From NCBI GenBank assembly GCA_963662625.1, contig OY759726.1, forward strand, positions 384,001-448,000: a stretch of DNA of 64,000 nt, read 5' to 3'. Below are positions 18,782 to 29,689 of the stretch, one piece after another. A program made the translations under genes and the position numbers. The notes beneath the pieces were generated by a model. That model had not been told where the DNA came from. It saw nothing but the letters and a program-made list of their open reading frames with translations, and did no database searches. Numbering within the stretch: the stretch's first letter is position 1; every line of letters begins with the position of its first letter. This stretch comes from Nitrosopumilus sp. Its GTDB lineage: Archaea; Thermoproteota; Nitrososphaeria; Nitrososphaerales; Nitrosopumilaceae.

Positions 18782-20896
18782 ATGAATTCAGTTAAACAGA
18801 TTTTTAGCGAAACCATCAAAACCGATCACAAAGTAATTACGGAGGAGGCAGCAAAGTCCATTCTCAAGGCCTACGGGGTGAAAGTCCCGCCGTACGCGCT
18901 CGTGACGTCCGCCGGGGACGCCGCGAAGCAGGCAAAGAGGATAGGGTTCCCGCTGGTAATGAAGGTGGTCTCGCCGCAGATCCTCCACAAGACGGACGTC
19001 GGCGGCGTCAAGGTAGGCATCGAGAGCGTGGACGACGTCAGGAGGACGTTCAAGGACATGCATGGCAGGCTATCGAAAAAAGGGGCCGACGTGAAGGGGA
19101 TACTCCTCGAGAAGATGGTTCCAAAGGGCGTCGAGCTGATCGTCGGGATCCAAAACGATCCGCAGTTTGGCCCGGTCATCATGGTCGGGCTGGGCGGGAT
19201 CATGACCGAGGTGATGAAGGACGTCGCGTTCAGGATGCTGCCCATTACGGCCGCGGACGCAAAGTCGATGCTGGGCGAGCTGAAGGGATCCAAGGTCCTG
19301 GAGGGATTCCGCGGGAGCAAGCCCGTGGACACCGACATGGTGGCAAAAATGCTGGTCCAGATCGGGAAGCTGGGAGTGGAGAATGCCGACTATATCAACA
19401 GCGTCGACTTTAACCCGGTAGTGGTGTACCCAAAATCCCACTTTGTGGTGGACGCAAAGATAATCCTTAACGACGGGGTGAGGAAGAACTCCGTCACCAG
19501 AACAAAGCCTAACAAGGAGTTCATGGAGGAGTTCTTCACGCCAAAGTCCGTGGCGCTGGTGGGCGCGTCTTCCACCCCCGGGAAGATAGGCAACTCCATA
19601 CTGGACAGCCTCGTGAATTACGACTACAAGGGAAAGGTATACCCGATAAACCCCAAGGCCGACAAGATATTTGGCAAAAAATGCTACCCCTCGGTCGCGG
19701 CGATACCGGGCAAGGTGGACCTGGTGGTGGTCTCCGTGGACTTGTCGGTGACGGCCCCCGTCTTGGAGGACTGCGCGAAGAAGGGCGTGCACAGCGTGGT
19801 AATCGTCTCAGGCGGCGGAAAGGAGCTGGGCGGCGAGAGGGCCGAATACGAGGCCGAGATAAAGAGGATCTCCGAAAAGCACAAGATAAGGATCATCGGC
19901 CCGAACTGCATCGGGATGTTCAACGCGTCAAACAGGCTGGACTGCGCGTTCCAGGGGCAGGAGAGGATGGTTCGCGCCAGGCTGGGCCCGGTCGCGCTGC
20001 TGTCACAGAGCGGGACCATGGGGATCAGCTTCCTGGAAACTGCCGACTCGTTTGGCCTCTCCAAGATGGTCAGTTACGGGAACCGCTCCGACGTGGACGA
20101 GGCTGACATGATCTGGTACCTTGCAAGCGATCCACAGACCAAGGTGATCGCGCTGTACGTGGAGGGGTTCGGCGACGGCAGGAAATTCGTCAACACCGCC
20201 AAAAGGGTGATGAGGGAGAAGAAAAAGCCCGTGATCATATGGAAGAGCGGCAGGACGGAACTCGGGGCAAAGCAGGCGGCGTCCCACACTGGCTCGCTGG
20301 GGGGCTCGAACGCCATAATCATGGGGGCGTTCAAGCAGGCCGGAATCATCTCGGTGGACAGCTACCAGGAGCTTGCGGCAGTCGCAAAGGCGCTGGCGTG
20401 GCAGCCCGCATCCAGGGGGAACAGGGCCGCGATGTGCAGCAACGGGGCAGGGCCCATGATCGGCGGGATTGACCACTTTGGGAGGCTGGGCCTGCGGCTC
20501 GCGAGGGTCACTCCAAAATCCCGCAAGAAGATGAAGGACCACTTCCCGCCGACGTACGTCATCGGCAACGGAAACCCGGCCGACGTCACGGGCGGCGCCA
20601 ACGCCGACGACTACAGGTTCGTGATTCAGACGTTCATGGACGACCCGAACGTGGACATCGTGATGCCGTGGTTCGTGTTCCAAGACGATCCGCTCGAGGA
20701 GACCATAATCGATCACCTGGCGGCGTTTTCAAAGAAGGGGAAGAAGCCCCTGCTGGTGGGCGGAAACGGCGGCCCGTACACCCAGAAGATCTCCAAGCTC
20801 ATCGAGGAGAAGGGTGTCCCGGTGTACGACGACCTCAGGGACTGGGTCGCGGCGGCATCTGCGCTTTCCCAATGGGGAAAGATCTCCAAGAAATAG
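18782..20896 (+). CDS. 3-hydroxypropionate--CoA ligase (ADP-forming), 3HP/4HB cycle
   Basis: ATP-grasp ([10 protein letters not shown]) plus CoA-binding domain, [15 protein letters not shown]; adjacent to crotonase as in Nitrosopumilus. Confidence 0.88.
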   Translation: MNSVKQIFSETIKTDHKVITEEAAKSILKAYGVKVPPYALVTSAGDAAKQAKRIGFPLVMKVVSPQILHKTDVGGVKVGIESVDDVRRTFKDMHGRLSKKGADVKGILLEKMVPKGVELIVGIQNDPQFGPVIMVGLGGIMTEVMKDVAFRMLPITAADAKSMLGELKGSKVLEGFRGSKPVDTDMVAKMLVQIGKLGVENADYINSVDFNPVVVYPKSHFVVDAKIILNDGVRKNSVTRTKPNKEFMEEFFTPKSVALVGASSTPGKIGNSILDSLVNYDYKGKVYPINPKADKIFGKKCYPSVAAIPGKVDLVVVSVDLSVTAPVLEDCAKKGVHSVVIVSGGGKELGGERAEYEAEIKRISEKHKIRIIGPNCIGMFNASNRLDCAFQGQERMVRARLGPVALLSQSGTMGISFLETADSFGLSKMVSYGNRSDVDEADMIWYLASDPQTKVIALYVEGFGDGRKFVNTAKRVMREKKKPVIIWKSGRTELGAKQAASHTGSLGGSNAIIMGAFKQAGIISVDSYQELAAVAKALAWQPASRGNRAAMCSNGAGPMIGGIDHFGRLGLRLARVTPKSRKKMKDHFPPTYVIGNGNPADVTGGANADDYRFVIQTFMDDPNVDIVMPWFVFQDDPLEETIIDHLAAFSKKGKKPLLVGGNGGPYTQKISKLIEEKGVPVYDDLRDWVAAASALSQWGKISKK

Positions 20897-20932
20897 ACAA
20901 CATTTAAGTCCGGCAGGGCAGCCTGTAAGCAC

Positions 20933-21694
20933 ATGTCAATGGTCACCAAGTCCATCTCCGACGGCATATGCACGGTGGAGATCAACAGGCCCAACAAGCT
21001 CAACGCAATGAATGCCGACATCGCAAAAGAGATAATATCGACCTTCGAGGTGCTGGAGCACGACGATGACGTCAAGGTCATAATCCTTACCGGGAAGGGC
21101 GACAAGGCCTTTTCCGCGGGTGCCGACATCAAGTACATGTCAAAGATAACCCCCGACGAGTCGGTCGAATACGCAAAGCTGGGCCAGCTCATGACTTCCA
21201 CCGTGGAGCTGGCAAGGCAGCCCACGATTGCGGCCATCAACGGGTTTGCGCTCGGCGGCGGGTGCGAACTCGCGATGTCGTGCGACATCAGGATAGCGGC
21301 AGACACTGCCAAGATGGGCCAGCCGGAAGTCACGATCGGCATACCCCCGGGATGGGGCGGGACCCAGCGCCTGATGAGGATCGTCGGGATAGCAAAGGCG
21401 AAGGAACTGGTATACACCGGAAGGCTGGTCGACGCGGCCGAGGCAAAGGAGATCGGCCTCGTAAACCAGGTCGTCCCCCTCGCGTCACTGCAGGAAGAGG
21501 CGCAGAAGATTGCGCAGAAGATTGCCGGGAACTCCGAGATAGGGGTCCAGATGTCCAAGGTCACCATCAACAAGGGCAGGAACGCGGATCTCGACACGGG
21601 GCTCGCGGTGGAGATCCTGGCATGGAGGAACTGCTTCACGCACCCTGACAGGGAAGAAAGAATGACCGATTTCGTGAACAGGTCTTCAAAATAG
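20933..21694 (+). CDS. enoyl-CoA hydratase (3-hydroxypropionyl-CoA dehydratase / crotonyl-CoA hydratase)
   Basis: [38 protein letters not shown]. Confidence 0.92.
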   Translation: MSMVTKSISDGICTVEINRPNKLNAMNADIAKEIISTFEVLEHDDDVKVIILTGKGDKAFSAGADIKYMSKITPDESVEYAKLGQLMTSTVELARQPTIAAINGFALGGGCELAMSCDIRIAADTAKMGQPEVTIGIPPGWGGTQRLMRIVGIAKAKELVYTGRLVDAAEAKEIGLVNQVVPLASLQEEAQKIAQKIAGNSEIGVQMSKVTINKGRNADLDTGLAVEILAWRNCFTHPDREERMTDFVNRSSK

Positions 21695-21799
21695 GAAGCC
21701 CAACCGCTTATTTTATTGGAATGCCGCGGGCGGAAGCCGGATCCCCGCGCGGCGGGGGGGCAGATAAAGCTTTAATTGTGCGAATTCAGGCCAAAACCT

Positions 21800-22114
21800 A
21801 TGGTAGAATTTATGCCGATTTCGCAAGTAAAAAAAATGCGCAGCGGAATCAACACAAAAGCCAGTGTAAAAAGCAAGGGAGATCCAAGGACAGTGAACCT
21901 GAGAAGCGGCGGAACCATTGATGTTTGTGACGCGGTCATTGCAGACGGCGACACTGAAGAGGATCAAATGAAACTGGCGCTTTGGGGAGACGACATCAAC
22001 GAGGTGAATGTGGGCGACGTGGTGGTGATTACCAACGGCTACACAAACGAGTTCAGGGGAGAGGTTTCCCTCACGAAAGGCAAGTTTGGTCAGATGACGG
22101 TCAATCCAGAATAG
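21800..22114 (+). CDS. single OB-fold ssDNA-binding protein (SSB/RPA-like)
   Basis: MKLALWGDD, VGDVVVITNGYTNEFRGEVSL. Confidence 0.85.
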   Translation: MVEFMPISQVKKMRSGINTKASVKSKGDPRTVNLRSGGTIDVCDAVIADGDTEEDQMKLALWGDDINEVNVGDVVVITNGYTNEFRGEVSLTKGKFGQMTVNPE

Positions 22115-22139
22115 GGCTCGGGCCGGTCTGATTTTATTT

Positions 22140-23351
22140 TCAAGCTCTTTTTGTTTTCTTTGATGGCTTAGTTTTCTTCGCGGGCCTGGTTTTTGGCGCC
22201 GCGCTCTTCGCGGGCCTGCCCGGTTTAGCCTTGGGGGCCGCGCGCTTCGCGGGCCTGGTTTTTGGCGCCGCGCTCTTCGCGGGCCTGCCCGGTTTAGCCT
22301 TGGGGGCCGCGCGCTTCGCGGGCCTGGTTTTTGGCGCCGCGCTCTTCGCGGGCCTGCCCGGTTTAGCCTTGGGGGCCGCGCGCTTCGCGGGCCTGGTTTT
22401 TGGCGCCGCGCTCTTCGCGGGCTTCCTTGCAGGTTTCCTTGCGGGCTTTGCGGCCCTCTTCGCGGGCTTCCTTGCGGGCTTTGCTTTGGTGGCCGCGCTC
22501 TTCGCGGGCTTCCTTGCAGGTTTCCTTGCGGGCTTTGCGGCCCTCTTCGCGGGCTTCCTTGCGGGCTTTGCTTTGGTGGCCGCGCTCTTCGCGGGCTTCC
22601 TTGCAGGTTTCCTTGCGGGCTTTGCGGCCCTCTTCGCGGGCTTCCTTGCCGCCGTCCTCTTGGCGGCGGCCAATTCCGCCATCCTGGCCGCCTTCCTTGC
22701 GGCGGCCTTTCTTTTCTTGGCCAGGAATTCCCTGAATTGGGAATTGGCCGCGTCGAACCGCTCCGCGGCGGATTTTTCCAGCACCTCGGTCTGCTCTAGT
22801 TCCTTGGCAAAGCTTGCGATGGATTTCTTGCTGGAGGCCACTAGGCCGGACAGGGCGGGCTTGAGCTTTGACTGTTTCTGGATGTTGGTGCCGATGTGCG
22901 ACTTTAGCGCGGAATATTTTGAGATTTCCTTGGAGATTTTCTTGGCCGTGGCCTTCCTGGAACGGATCTCCGACTCCAGTTCCCCGATGCGCTCGTTGAT
23001 GAGCCGCCGCCTGGACTCTGCCTGTTCCGTCTCGACTGGGCCGTCGGCGAACTCGACCTCCTGCTCGGCTTGGGAGGCGGCGTCTTTTTCCCTGGCCAGG
23101 CGCTCCTGCGCGCCCGCGATCAGGCGGCCGATGCTTTCCGACTGGGAGATCCTCTGCTGCAGGTCGGCGGAGACCCCTTCCACTGACTCCCTTGCGGACT
23201 CGATCTTCCTTGCGATGGAATCCAGTCGCGTCTCGGAGCGCCTTTGATCTGACCTTGCCTGCTTGAGCTGCAGTTCTATTTTTTTCCGCAGCGCCGTGGC
23301 CTCGTTTTTTTTCTGTCTCAGGCCGGAGACCGTGTTTTCTAGCGATGACAC
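22140..23351 (-). CDS. coiled-coil protein with histone H1-like K/A/P-rich tail
   Basis: Heptad-rich N-terminus, long basic repeat tail. Confidence 0.8.
   Translation of the reverse strand: MSSLENTVSGLRQKKNEATALRKKIELQLKQARSDQRRSETRLDSIARKIESARESVEGVSADLQQRISQSESIGRLIAGAQERLAREKDAASQAEQEVEFADGPVETEQAESRRRLINERIGELESEIRSRKATAKKISKEISKYSALKSHIGTNIQKQSKLKPALSGLVASSKKSIASFAKELEQTEVLEKSAAERFDAANSQFREFLAKKRKAAARKAARMAELAAAKRTAARKPAKRAAKPARKPARKPAKSAATKAKPARKPAKRAAKPARKPARKPAKSAATKAKPARKPAKRAAKPARKPARKPAKSAAPKTRPAKRAAPKAKPGRPAKSAAPKTRPAKRAAPKAKPGRPAKSAAPKTRPAKRAAPKAKPGRPAKSAAPKTRPAKKTKPSKKTKRA
22176..22648 (-). repeat. coding tandem repeats: about 3 x 87 bp and about 3 x 69 bp
   Basis: Units RKPAKRAAKPARKPARKPAKSAATKAKPA and PKTRPAKRAAPKAKPGRPAKSAA. 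Confidence 0.9.
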
Positions 23352-23512
23352 AACTAAAACACGCCCTGCGAGTCGGTTAAATTGTTAAGATGACCATGAT
23401 TTGACTTACCGGTTAACAAAATTAACTTCATTTGAAGGCATTCCGGCCCACGGCACGGCCGCCGCGCCGTGCACAAGGTCTATAAAAAACGCGCCCCGGC
23501 GGAAATGGTAGA

Positions 23513-23824
23513 ATGGACTTCCATCCCAGGGATCTGCCGGTCTCGAAGACGTATGATCTCAGGGACGAGAAGGACGCGTACGACGCCGTAAGCGACATGG
23601 TCGCGGCCGGTTTCAGGGGCAGAAGGGACGGCTTCAGGGTGCTGATGCCAAAGGAGCCCAAGCTGGCAAAAAGGATAGGGTACGCCGTTACGACCGGCGT
23701 GACTGCCGGGCTCCGCAAAAAAAACGAGATCAGGGACGTGAGGTACTGGACGTACCACCACGACCAGGATCATTACGCGATCGTCCTGATCAGCAGCGGG
23801 GCGCTGGAGGGCCTAGGGCACTGA
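23513..23824 (+). CDS. conserved hypothetical protein
   Basis: TATAAAAA upstream, host-like codon usage. Confidence 0.75.
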   Translation: MDFHPRDLPVSKTYDLRDEKDAYDAVSDMVAAGFRGRRDGFRVLMPKEPKLAKRIGYAVTTGVTAGLRKKNEIRDVRYWTYHHDQDHYAIVLISSGALEGLGH

Positions 23825-24481
23825 CCTGCCAAAGAACTTGTATAGCTTGGTCCGCTTGGCCAGGACGCCCGACAGCATCATGCCCAGGACGAGCCCCCCC
23901 AGGATGTCCATAGGGTAGTGCTCCAAGACGTACACCCTGCTGACGGACACTAGCGCCGGGTACAGGAACATCAGGTAGGCCCCGCGGGGGAACCGCTCGG
24001 ACAGCGCGTATCCCAGTATTATCGCGAATATCATGGTGCGGGCTGCATGCCCGGACGGGTATGAGGCGGCGTACCCACCCTCGCAGAACAGCGCAAACGT
24101 GTCCCGGCTGAGCTCCACGGGGAACGGCACCCCCTCGTACTCCAGTGGTGGCATGGCCCTGTCGACCCCGCATTTGACGTACCCGGTAAGCAGGGTGGAC
24201 AGCACGATCAGTATCATCAGGGTGATGCCGATCCTCCTGGTTTTTTTTATTGCCAGCACCAGTATGCCGAACCCGAGCATGTAGAACGAGTCGCCGCTCT
24301 CGGTGACGTACTGCATCACGAGATCCACCACGGGGTCCCCGGCGGCCTCATGCGCAATCTCCACGGCCCCACGGTCAAGGCTCTCGGTGGCGCCGGAGTA
24401 CACGAGGGCCGTCACTGCAAGGAACGCGGCGGCGGACAGGACGAACGGGCGCGACCTTATGTCAAAAATCCAGCTTTGCAA
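23813..24481 (-). CDS. PAP2 family phosphatase
   Basis: SYPSGH and SRVYVLEHYPMDI motifs. Confidence 0.9.
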   Translation of the reverse strand: MQSWIFDIRSRPFVLSAAAFLAVTALVYSGATESLDRGAVEIAHEAAGDPVVDLVMQYVTESGDSFYMLGFGILVLAIKKTRRIGITLMILIVLSTLLTGYVKCGVDRAMPPLEYEGVPFPVELSRDTFALFCEGGYAASYPSGHAARTMIFAIILGYALSERFPRGAYLMFLYPALVSVSRVYVLEHYPMDILGGLVLGMMLSGVLAKRTKLYKFFGRSVP

Positions 24482-24722
24482 CTAATTCAACCCCGGGCAT
24501 GCCGTTTTTAATTTTTCTCAGGCCCCGTGGCGCTCCGCCCCGCCGCGCCCGGAGTTGGCATGCCTGCGCGGGGCGGCATAGGGCGCGGATCGGCGCCCCC
24601 AGGTCCCGGCCGCCTGCTGGATCCCCGCGGGCGGGCCCGGCGGCGGCCCGGGGGACGCGGCCCCCGGCGTGGCGCGCGGGCGCCGGCTCAAAGCATTTAA
24701 CCGGGGCAGGGATAGGAAACCC

Positions 24723-25928
24723 GTGAAGGTTCTCACGCTGGATGATTTTGATCTGAAAGGCAAGACCGTCTTTTTGCGCGTCGACATGAACTGCCCGATA
24801 GATCCCGAAAGCATGGAGATTTCGGGGACCAAGAGGATAGAAGAGGCCACGGAGACCATAAGGGACCTCGGGGAGTCCAAGCTGGTCGTGGCCACGCACC
24901 AAGGCAGGGTGGGGAACAAGGACTACACCGGGATGGACAAGCACGCAAGGGTGCTGGAGGAGTTCCTCGGCAGGGACATCAAGTACGTCGAAGACGTGAT
25001 CGGGGCCGCCGCGCAGCACGAGATAAAGAACCTGAAGGACGGGGAGATACTGCTTCTGGACAACCTGAGGCTGTGCGCCGAGGAGAATTACGAGTTCCGG
25101 CCATCGGAGGCGGCCAAAACCATCATGGTAAGCAGGCTGTCGAAGCACTTTGATCTCTGCGTCCTCGACTCGTTTCCGAGCGCCCACAGGTCCCACCCGT
25201 CCATAGTCGGGTTCCCGCAGGTCATGCCCGCGTGCGCGGGGAGGATCGCCGAGCGGGAGGTGAGGAACCTGGACGAGATAATAACCGTTGCAAAGGCGCC
25301 CCACGTCATCGTCCTGGGAGGCTCGAAGGTGCCCGACAGGCTGGAAGCCATAAGGCTGCTCATCCGGAACGGCCGCGCGGACCACATCCTGCTGACGGGC
25401 CTGATAGGCAACGTGTTCATGAGGGCGCAGGGCAGGATCAAGTCCCCGCTGGGGATAAAGCGGGAGGAGGAGGTGGTCGCAAAGGCCCACTCCCTGATCG
25501 GGGAGTACCCGGACGTCTTCTCGACCCCGGTGGACGTCGCGATCGACAAGGACGGCGAGAGGATGGAGATCGACGTCAGGGACCTGGCCAGGGGGGACAG
25601 GATCTACGATCTGGGCCCGAAGACGGTAAGCCACTACTCCAGGGAGATCGCGAGCGCCGGGACCGCGTTTATCAGCGGGCCGGCGGGGTTCTTCGAGATG
25701 GAGAACTTCAGCGCGGGGACGAAGGGGCTCCTGGAGGCCGTGGCAAACTCTATGGCCACCACGATAGTCAGCGGGGGCCACCTGACGTCCGCGCTGAAGA
25801 GGTACGGCCTGGCGGGGCAGATCAACCACATCAGCACCGCCGGCGGGGCTCTGGTCCTGTACCTGACGGGCCAGAAGCTGCCGATGGTGAAGGCGCTGGA
25901 GGACGCCGCCGGCAGGCACGGGGGCTAG
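24723..25928 (+). CDS. pgk: phosphoglycerate kinase
   Basis: FLRVDMNCP, THQGR, LLDNLR, LGGSK, HISTAGGA. Confidence 0.95.
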   Translation: MKVLTLDDFDLKGKTVFLRVDMNCPIDPESMEISGTKRIEEATETIRDLGESKLVVATHQGRVGNKDYTGMDKHARVLEEFLGRDIKYVEDVIGAAAQHEIKNLKDGEILLLDNLRLCAEENYEFRPSEAAKTIMVSRLSKHFDLCVLDSFPSAHRSHPSIVGFPQVMPACAGRIAEREVRNLDEIITVAKAPHVIVLGGSKVPDRLEAIRLLIRNGRADHILLTGLIGNVFMRAQGRIKSPLGIKREEEVVAKAHSLIGEYPDVFSTPVDVAIDKDGERMEIDVRDLARGDRIYDLGPKTVSHYSREIASAGTAFISGPAGFFEMENFSAGTKGLLEAVANSMATTIVSGGHLTSALKRYGLAGQINHISTAGGALVLYLTGQKLPMVKALEDAAGRHGG

Positions 25929-26272
25929 AGTTCCGCGCCGCACGACGGGTTGGGGCAGGCCCGCTCTTCCAGCCTTCCCAGAAACACGTCAAGGCCGCAC
26001 GCGCCGCAGCGGTGCCTCTCCACCGCGTCGAAGAGCTTCAACCACACGGTGGTGAAGTTCTGGGCTATGTTTCGGGCCATCCCCGAGTCGCAGAGCCCCG
26101 TTATGTACGGCTCGATGTCGTCCACTATCCACTCCGGATCCAGGTCCCCGTTGCGCTTGAGGACGTCGAAGATCTCGTCGTTTGTGAACTTCTTGTCTAC
26201 GTCGTTGTGCATGTCGAAAATTATCTTCCGGATCTGGAGGGGGACCGGTGTTTCCGGCACAAAGTCTGCCAT
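25925..26272 (-). CDS. hypothetical protein (wHTH-like, C-terminal Zn ribbon)
   Basis: MADFVPETP...CGAC...CPNPSC. Confidence 0.75.
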   Translation of the reverse strand: MADFVPETPVPLQIRKIIFDMHNDVDKKFTNDEIFDVLKRNGDLDPEWIVDDIEPYITGLCDSGMARNIAQNFTTVWLKLFDAVERHRCGACGLDVFLGRLEERACPNPSCGAEL

Positions 26273-26715
26273 CAGTACAGGTTTGCTGCCTCTTCCTTCA
26301 ACTTGTCCGCGTCCCCGGGGTCCTGTGGCCGGGATCCCAGGTAGGAATAGAGCGCGTACTTTAGCACCTTGAGCGACAGCAGCGCGCACTTTATCCTGAC
26401 GGCCTGCAGGTTCCCCAGCCCCAGCTCGCCGAGGATGTCGTCCTTGCCTATGCCCCTCACCTCGTCTATTCCCTTTCCCTTTGCCATCTCGGTCAGCACG
26501 GAGGAGCACGCCATGCATATGGCGCAGCCCTTGCCGTGGAACTTGATGTCCGACACCGTGTCGCCGTCGATCTTCATGTCGATGTCTATGCTGTCGCCGC
26601 ACAGGGGGTTGGAGTCGTGGTACGTCACGTCATGATCCTCGATCGTGCCGTAATTGGCGGGGTTCCTGAAGTAGTCGATGATCATCTCGTGGTAGATGTC
26701 CGCGTTGGAGCTCAT
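26272..26715 (-). CDS. sufU: Fe-S scaffold SufU/IscU
   Basis: NPLCGD, GCAICMAC, RIKCALL. Confidence 0.9.
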   Translation of the reverse strand: MSSNADIYHEMIIDYFRNPANYGTIEDHDVTYHDSNPLCGDSIDIDMKIDGDTVSDIKFHGKGCAICMACSSVLTEMAKGKGIDEVRGIGKDDILGELGLGNLQAVRIKCALLSLKVLKYALYSYLGSRPQDPGDADKLKEEAANLY

Positions 26716-27956
26716 AGTTTGAACAGCTCCGCCACCTTATTGAGTGAATCGACCAGGGCGTCTACGTCCTCCCGGGTGTTGTACACGTAAAAGCTTGCCC
26801 TCGACGTCGCCGCCACCTGGAGCCTCTCCATCAGCACCTGGGCGCAGTGGTGCCCGGACCGTATGGCGATCCCCTCCTCGTCGATGATCTGGGCGACGTC
26901 GTGCGGGTGGACGTCCGCAAAATTAAACGAGATCACCCCCCCGCGCCTTGCCACGTCCCTGGTCCCGTAGATGTGCAGCCCCTTGACCCCGGACATCCTC
27001 TCGAGCGCATACCCGGTCAGTTCGGCTTCGTGCTCCCGCACGTTGTCCATTCCCAGCCCCGACAGGTAGTCTATCGCCGCCCCGAGCCCCACCACGTCGG
27101 CGATGTTCGGGGTCCCGGCCTCGAATTTGTACGGTAGGTCGTTCCAGGTCGTCTCGTACTTGTGCACCTCCCGGATCATGTCGCCCCCGCCGTGGAACGG
27201 GGACATGCCCTCGAGCACCCGCTTCCTTACCCACAGCACCCCGATCCCGGTGGGGCCCAGCATCTTGTGCCCGGAGAACGCGAAAAAGTCGCAGCCCAGC
27301 TCCTCGAGGTCGACCCTCATGTGCGGGACGGCCTGGGCGCCGTCGACCAGCGTCAGCGCACCCGCAGCCTTGCATTTCGAGATTACTGCGGCGGCGTCCG
27401 TGATGGTCCCCATGACGTTGGACATCAGGCTGAACGCCACGAGCTTGACCCGCCCCGTCGCCAGCAGCCTGTCTAGATCCTCCAGGATCAGCTCGCCGTC
27501 GTCGTCCATCCCGATGTACTCGATCCTCGCCTTTTTTTCCCGCGCCAGCAGCTGCCACGGGACGATGTTGCTGTGGTGCTCGTATTCCGTCGTGACCACT
27601 ATGTCGCCCTCCCCGACGTGGTCCCGGCCCCACGCGTACGCCACCAGGTTGATCGCCTCGGTGGTCCCGCGGACGAAGATGATCTCCGTCCTGTCCTTTA
27701 TGTTGACAAAGCCGGCGACCTTGTCACGGGCCTGCTCGTAGGCCTCGGTCGCCTCCTCCGCCAGTGCGTAGACCGCCCTGTGGATGTTGGCGTTGTGGTT
27801 CCGGTAATAGTCGTCGATGGCGTCGATGACCTGGTTTGGCTTTTGCGTGGTGGACGCGTTGTCAAGGTACACCAGCGGCTTGTTCTCGCGCACGGTCCTC
27901 CCCAGTATCGGGAAGTCCTTGCGCAGGTTTCCAAATGACGATTGTGCGCTCTGCAT
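26712..27956 (-). CDS. sufS: cysteine desulfurase
   Basis: YLDNASTTQKP, SGHKMLGPTG, RSGHHCAQ. Confidence 0.95.
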   Translation of the reverse strand: MQSAQSSFGNLRKDFPILGRTVRENKPLVYLDNASTTQKPNQVIDAIDDYYRNHNANIHRAVYALAEEATEAYEQARDKVAGFVNIKDRTEIIFVRGTTEAINLVAYAWGRDHVGEGDIVVTTEYEHHSNIVPWQLLAREKKARIEYIGMDDDGELILEDLDRLLATGRVKLVAFSLMSNVMGTITDAAAVISKCKAAGALTLVDGAQAVPHMRVDLEELGCDFFAFSGHKMLGPTGIGVLWVRKRVLEGMSPFHGGGDMIREVHKYETTWNDLPYKFEAGTPNIADVVGLGAAIDYLSGLGMDNVREHEAELTGYALERMSGVKGLHIYGTRDVARRGGVISFNFADVHPHDVAQIIDEEGIAIRSGHHCAQVLMERLQVAATSRASFYVYNTREDVDALVDSLNKVAELFKL

Positions 27957-27961
27957 GCCTC

Positions 27962-28270
27962 TCAAACCTCGACGTAGATCTCGCCATCGTCTATTTTAAC
28001 ATTGTATACCCGGAGGGGCGCCTCGGCCGGCGGGTTACGGGGCCGGCCGTCCTCCAGGTTGAAGACCGAGAGGTGCAGCGGGCAGCGCACCCCCTCGTCG
28101 CTCAGGAAGCCCGCGGACAGGTCCGCCTCGGCGTGCGTGCAGATCAGGTCCGTGGCGCGTACCGTGCCCCCGGAGTTTGCGAGCAGGATCCTCTTGCCGG
28201 CGTGCGCGAAGCCGAACAGGGCGCCGTCCCGCACCTCGTCTGCCCTGCAGGCCCTGACCCATCTAGCCAG
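27962..28270 (-). CDS. Rieske-type ferredoxin
   Basis: CTH and CPLH Rieske motifs; start uncertain. Confidence 0.85.
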   Translation of the reverse strand: MARWVRACRADEVRDGALFGFAHAGKRILLANSGGTVRATDLICTHAEADLSAGFLSDEGVRCPLHLSVFNLEDGRPRNPPAEAPLRVYNVKIDDGEIYVEV

Positions 28271-28275
28271 TTTGA

Positions 28276-29673
28276 CTACCTGTACTTGTAATGCTGCTCA
28301 ATCTCGGCGTCCTCGTTGTACCTGGTCTCCTCGACCTCGACGAACTTTGCAAGCTCCTCGTCCGTGTTGATGGACAGCTCGCGGCCGTCCCATTTTGACT
28401 CGATAAGGTACGCTATCCAGGCCCTCACCTGGAACGACATCTTCCTGGAAAGCGGTTCCAGGAACCCCTCGACGATCGTCCTCTCGGCCTCCTCGCGGCT
28501 CAGGCACCTCGTCTTCAGGTAGAATATCTGCTCCTCGTCGATCTGCGCCACCGACGCCGAGTGGGTCGCCTTGACGTCGTTGGTGAAGATCTCCAGCCCG
28601 GGGATGGCGTCCGACTTTGCGTCGCCGTCAAGCAGTATGGAGCGCCCCGACAGGAACGAGTTGGACTTTGTGGCGTTCTCCTTGATCCGGATCATGCCCT
28701 TGAAGAGCGACTTTGACCTGTTCCGCAGGATTGACTTCTCCACCACGCGCCCCTCGGTCGCGGGGCTCTCGTGGTTGACGTTGGTCTGGATGTCGAAGGT
28801 CTGCTCGTTGTTGCCAAATACCACCTCGGAGTCGTTTGCTGACGCCCCCGTGCCGTTCAGGTAATAGTCTATCTTGTACCTGGAGAGCAGCGAGCCGAAC
28901 AGGCCCGAATACCAGTTGACCCGGGCGTCCTGCTCCAGGTCGGTCCTCCTCGTGGAGAAGTTGACTGACGACTGGTCCATCATCTGCAGCGTGGTGATGT
29001 CAAGCCGGGCGTTTGCCCGCGCGGTGGTGTTCAGCAGCTCCAGGTAGGCCTGCTGCTTCTGCGCCGCGGGCGAGTACAGCTCCTGCACTATCGTAGCCCT
29101 GCTGCCCTCCTCCGCGTGGATGATGTTCCTGGATATGGTGGAGACGCCGTCCTCGGAGAGGCACGACAGTATGTGCACGGGATCCTCCACCACGAGGTTC
29201 CTCGGCACGTAGACGAACACCCCGGTGTTGAACGCGGCGTTGTTCAGGGCGGTGAACTTGTCATCCTCGGGATCCGAGGACTCCAGCGCCCGCCTGACCA
29301 GGTCGGGGTGGTCCGCCACGGCGCTGCCGATCGAGCTGATCACCAGCCCCTCGGACCGCAGGCCCTCGGGGACGTTGATGCTGCCGATGTTCGTGCCGAC
29401 TTGCACGATGCCGGTCTGCCCCTCCACCTCGCCGAGCCGCTTTTGCAGGAACGCTGGGACGGAATCGGCCGTATCTGGCGCCAGCGAGACCTGGCCCGGA
29501 TCCATCTTTTGCGCGTCGGTATACTTGCTGTACAGCGCTGACGTCTCCACGGGCAGGCGCCCGTATACCGAGAGGGAGTTCTTCCTGTACTCGTTCAGCC
29601 AGGCCGGCTCGTTCTTCGACGACGAGATCTCGTCTATGTGATCCTGGCCTAGGTTTGAAAGGATTTGCGGCAT
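28276..29673 (-). CDS. sufD: Fe-S assembly protein SufD
   Basis: PGLEIFTNDVKATHSASV, IFYLKTR. Confidence 0.92.
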   Translation of the reverse strand: MPQILSNLGQDHIDEISSSKNEPAWLNEYRKNSLSVYGRLPVETSALYSKYTDAQKMDPGQVSLAPDTADSVPAFLQKRLGEVEGQTGIVQVGTNIGSINVPEGLRSEGLVISSIGSAVADHPDLVRRALESSDPEDDKFTALNNAAFNTGVFVYVPRNLVVEDPVHILSCLSEDGVSTISRNIIHAEEGSRATIVQELYSPAAQKQQAYLELLNTTARANARLDITTLQMMDQSSVNFSTRRTDLEQDARVNWYSGLFGSLLSRYKIDYYLNGTGASANDSEVVFGNNEQTFDIQTNVNHESPATEGRVVEKSILRNRSKSLFKGMIRIKENATKSNSFLSGRSILLDGDAKSDAIPGLEIFTNDVKATHSASVAQIDEEQIFYLKTRCLSREEAERTIVEGFLEPLSRKMSFQVRAWIAYLIESKWDGRELSINTDEELAKFVEVEETRYNEDAEIEQHYKYR

Positions 29674-29689
29674 GTCGGTTCGGTCGGGG

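Noticed and set aside
22231-23247. 338-aa plus-strand hydrophobic 'membrane protein'
   Set aside because: Antisense shadow of the Lys/Ala repeat gene.
24490-24700. GC-rich intergenic spacers (also near 31150, 47620, 49490, 53750) as a MITE family
   Set aside because: No shared termini or TSDs were found by eye; they are better explained as neutral GC-drifted DNA.
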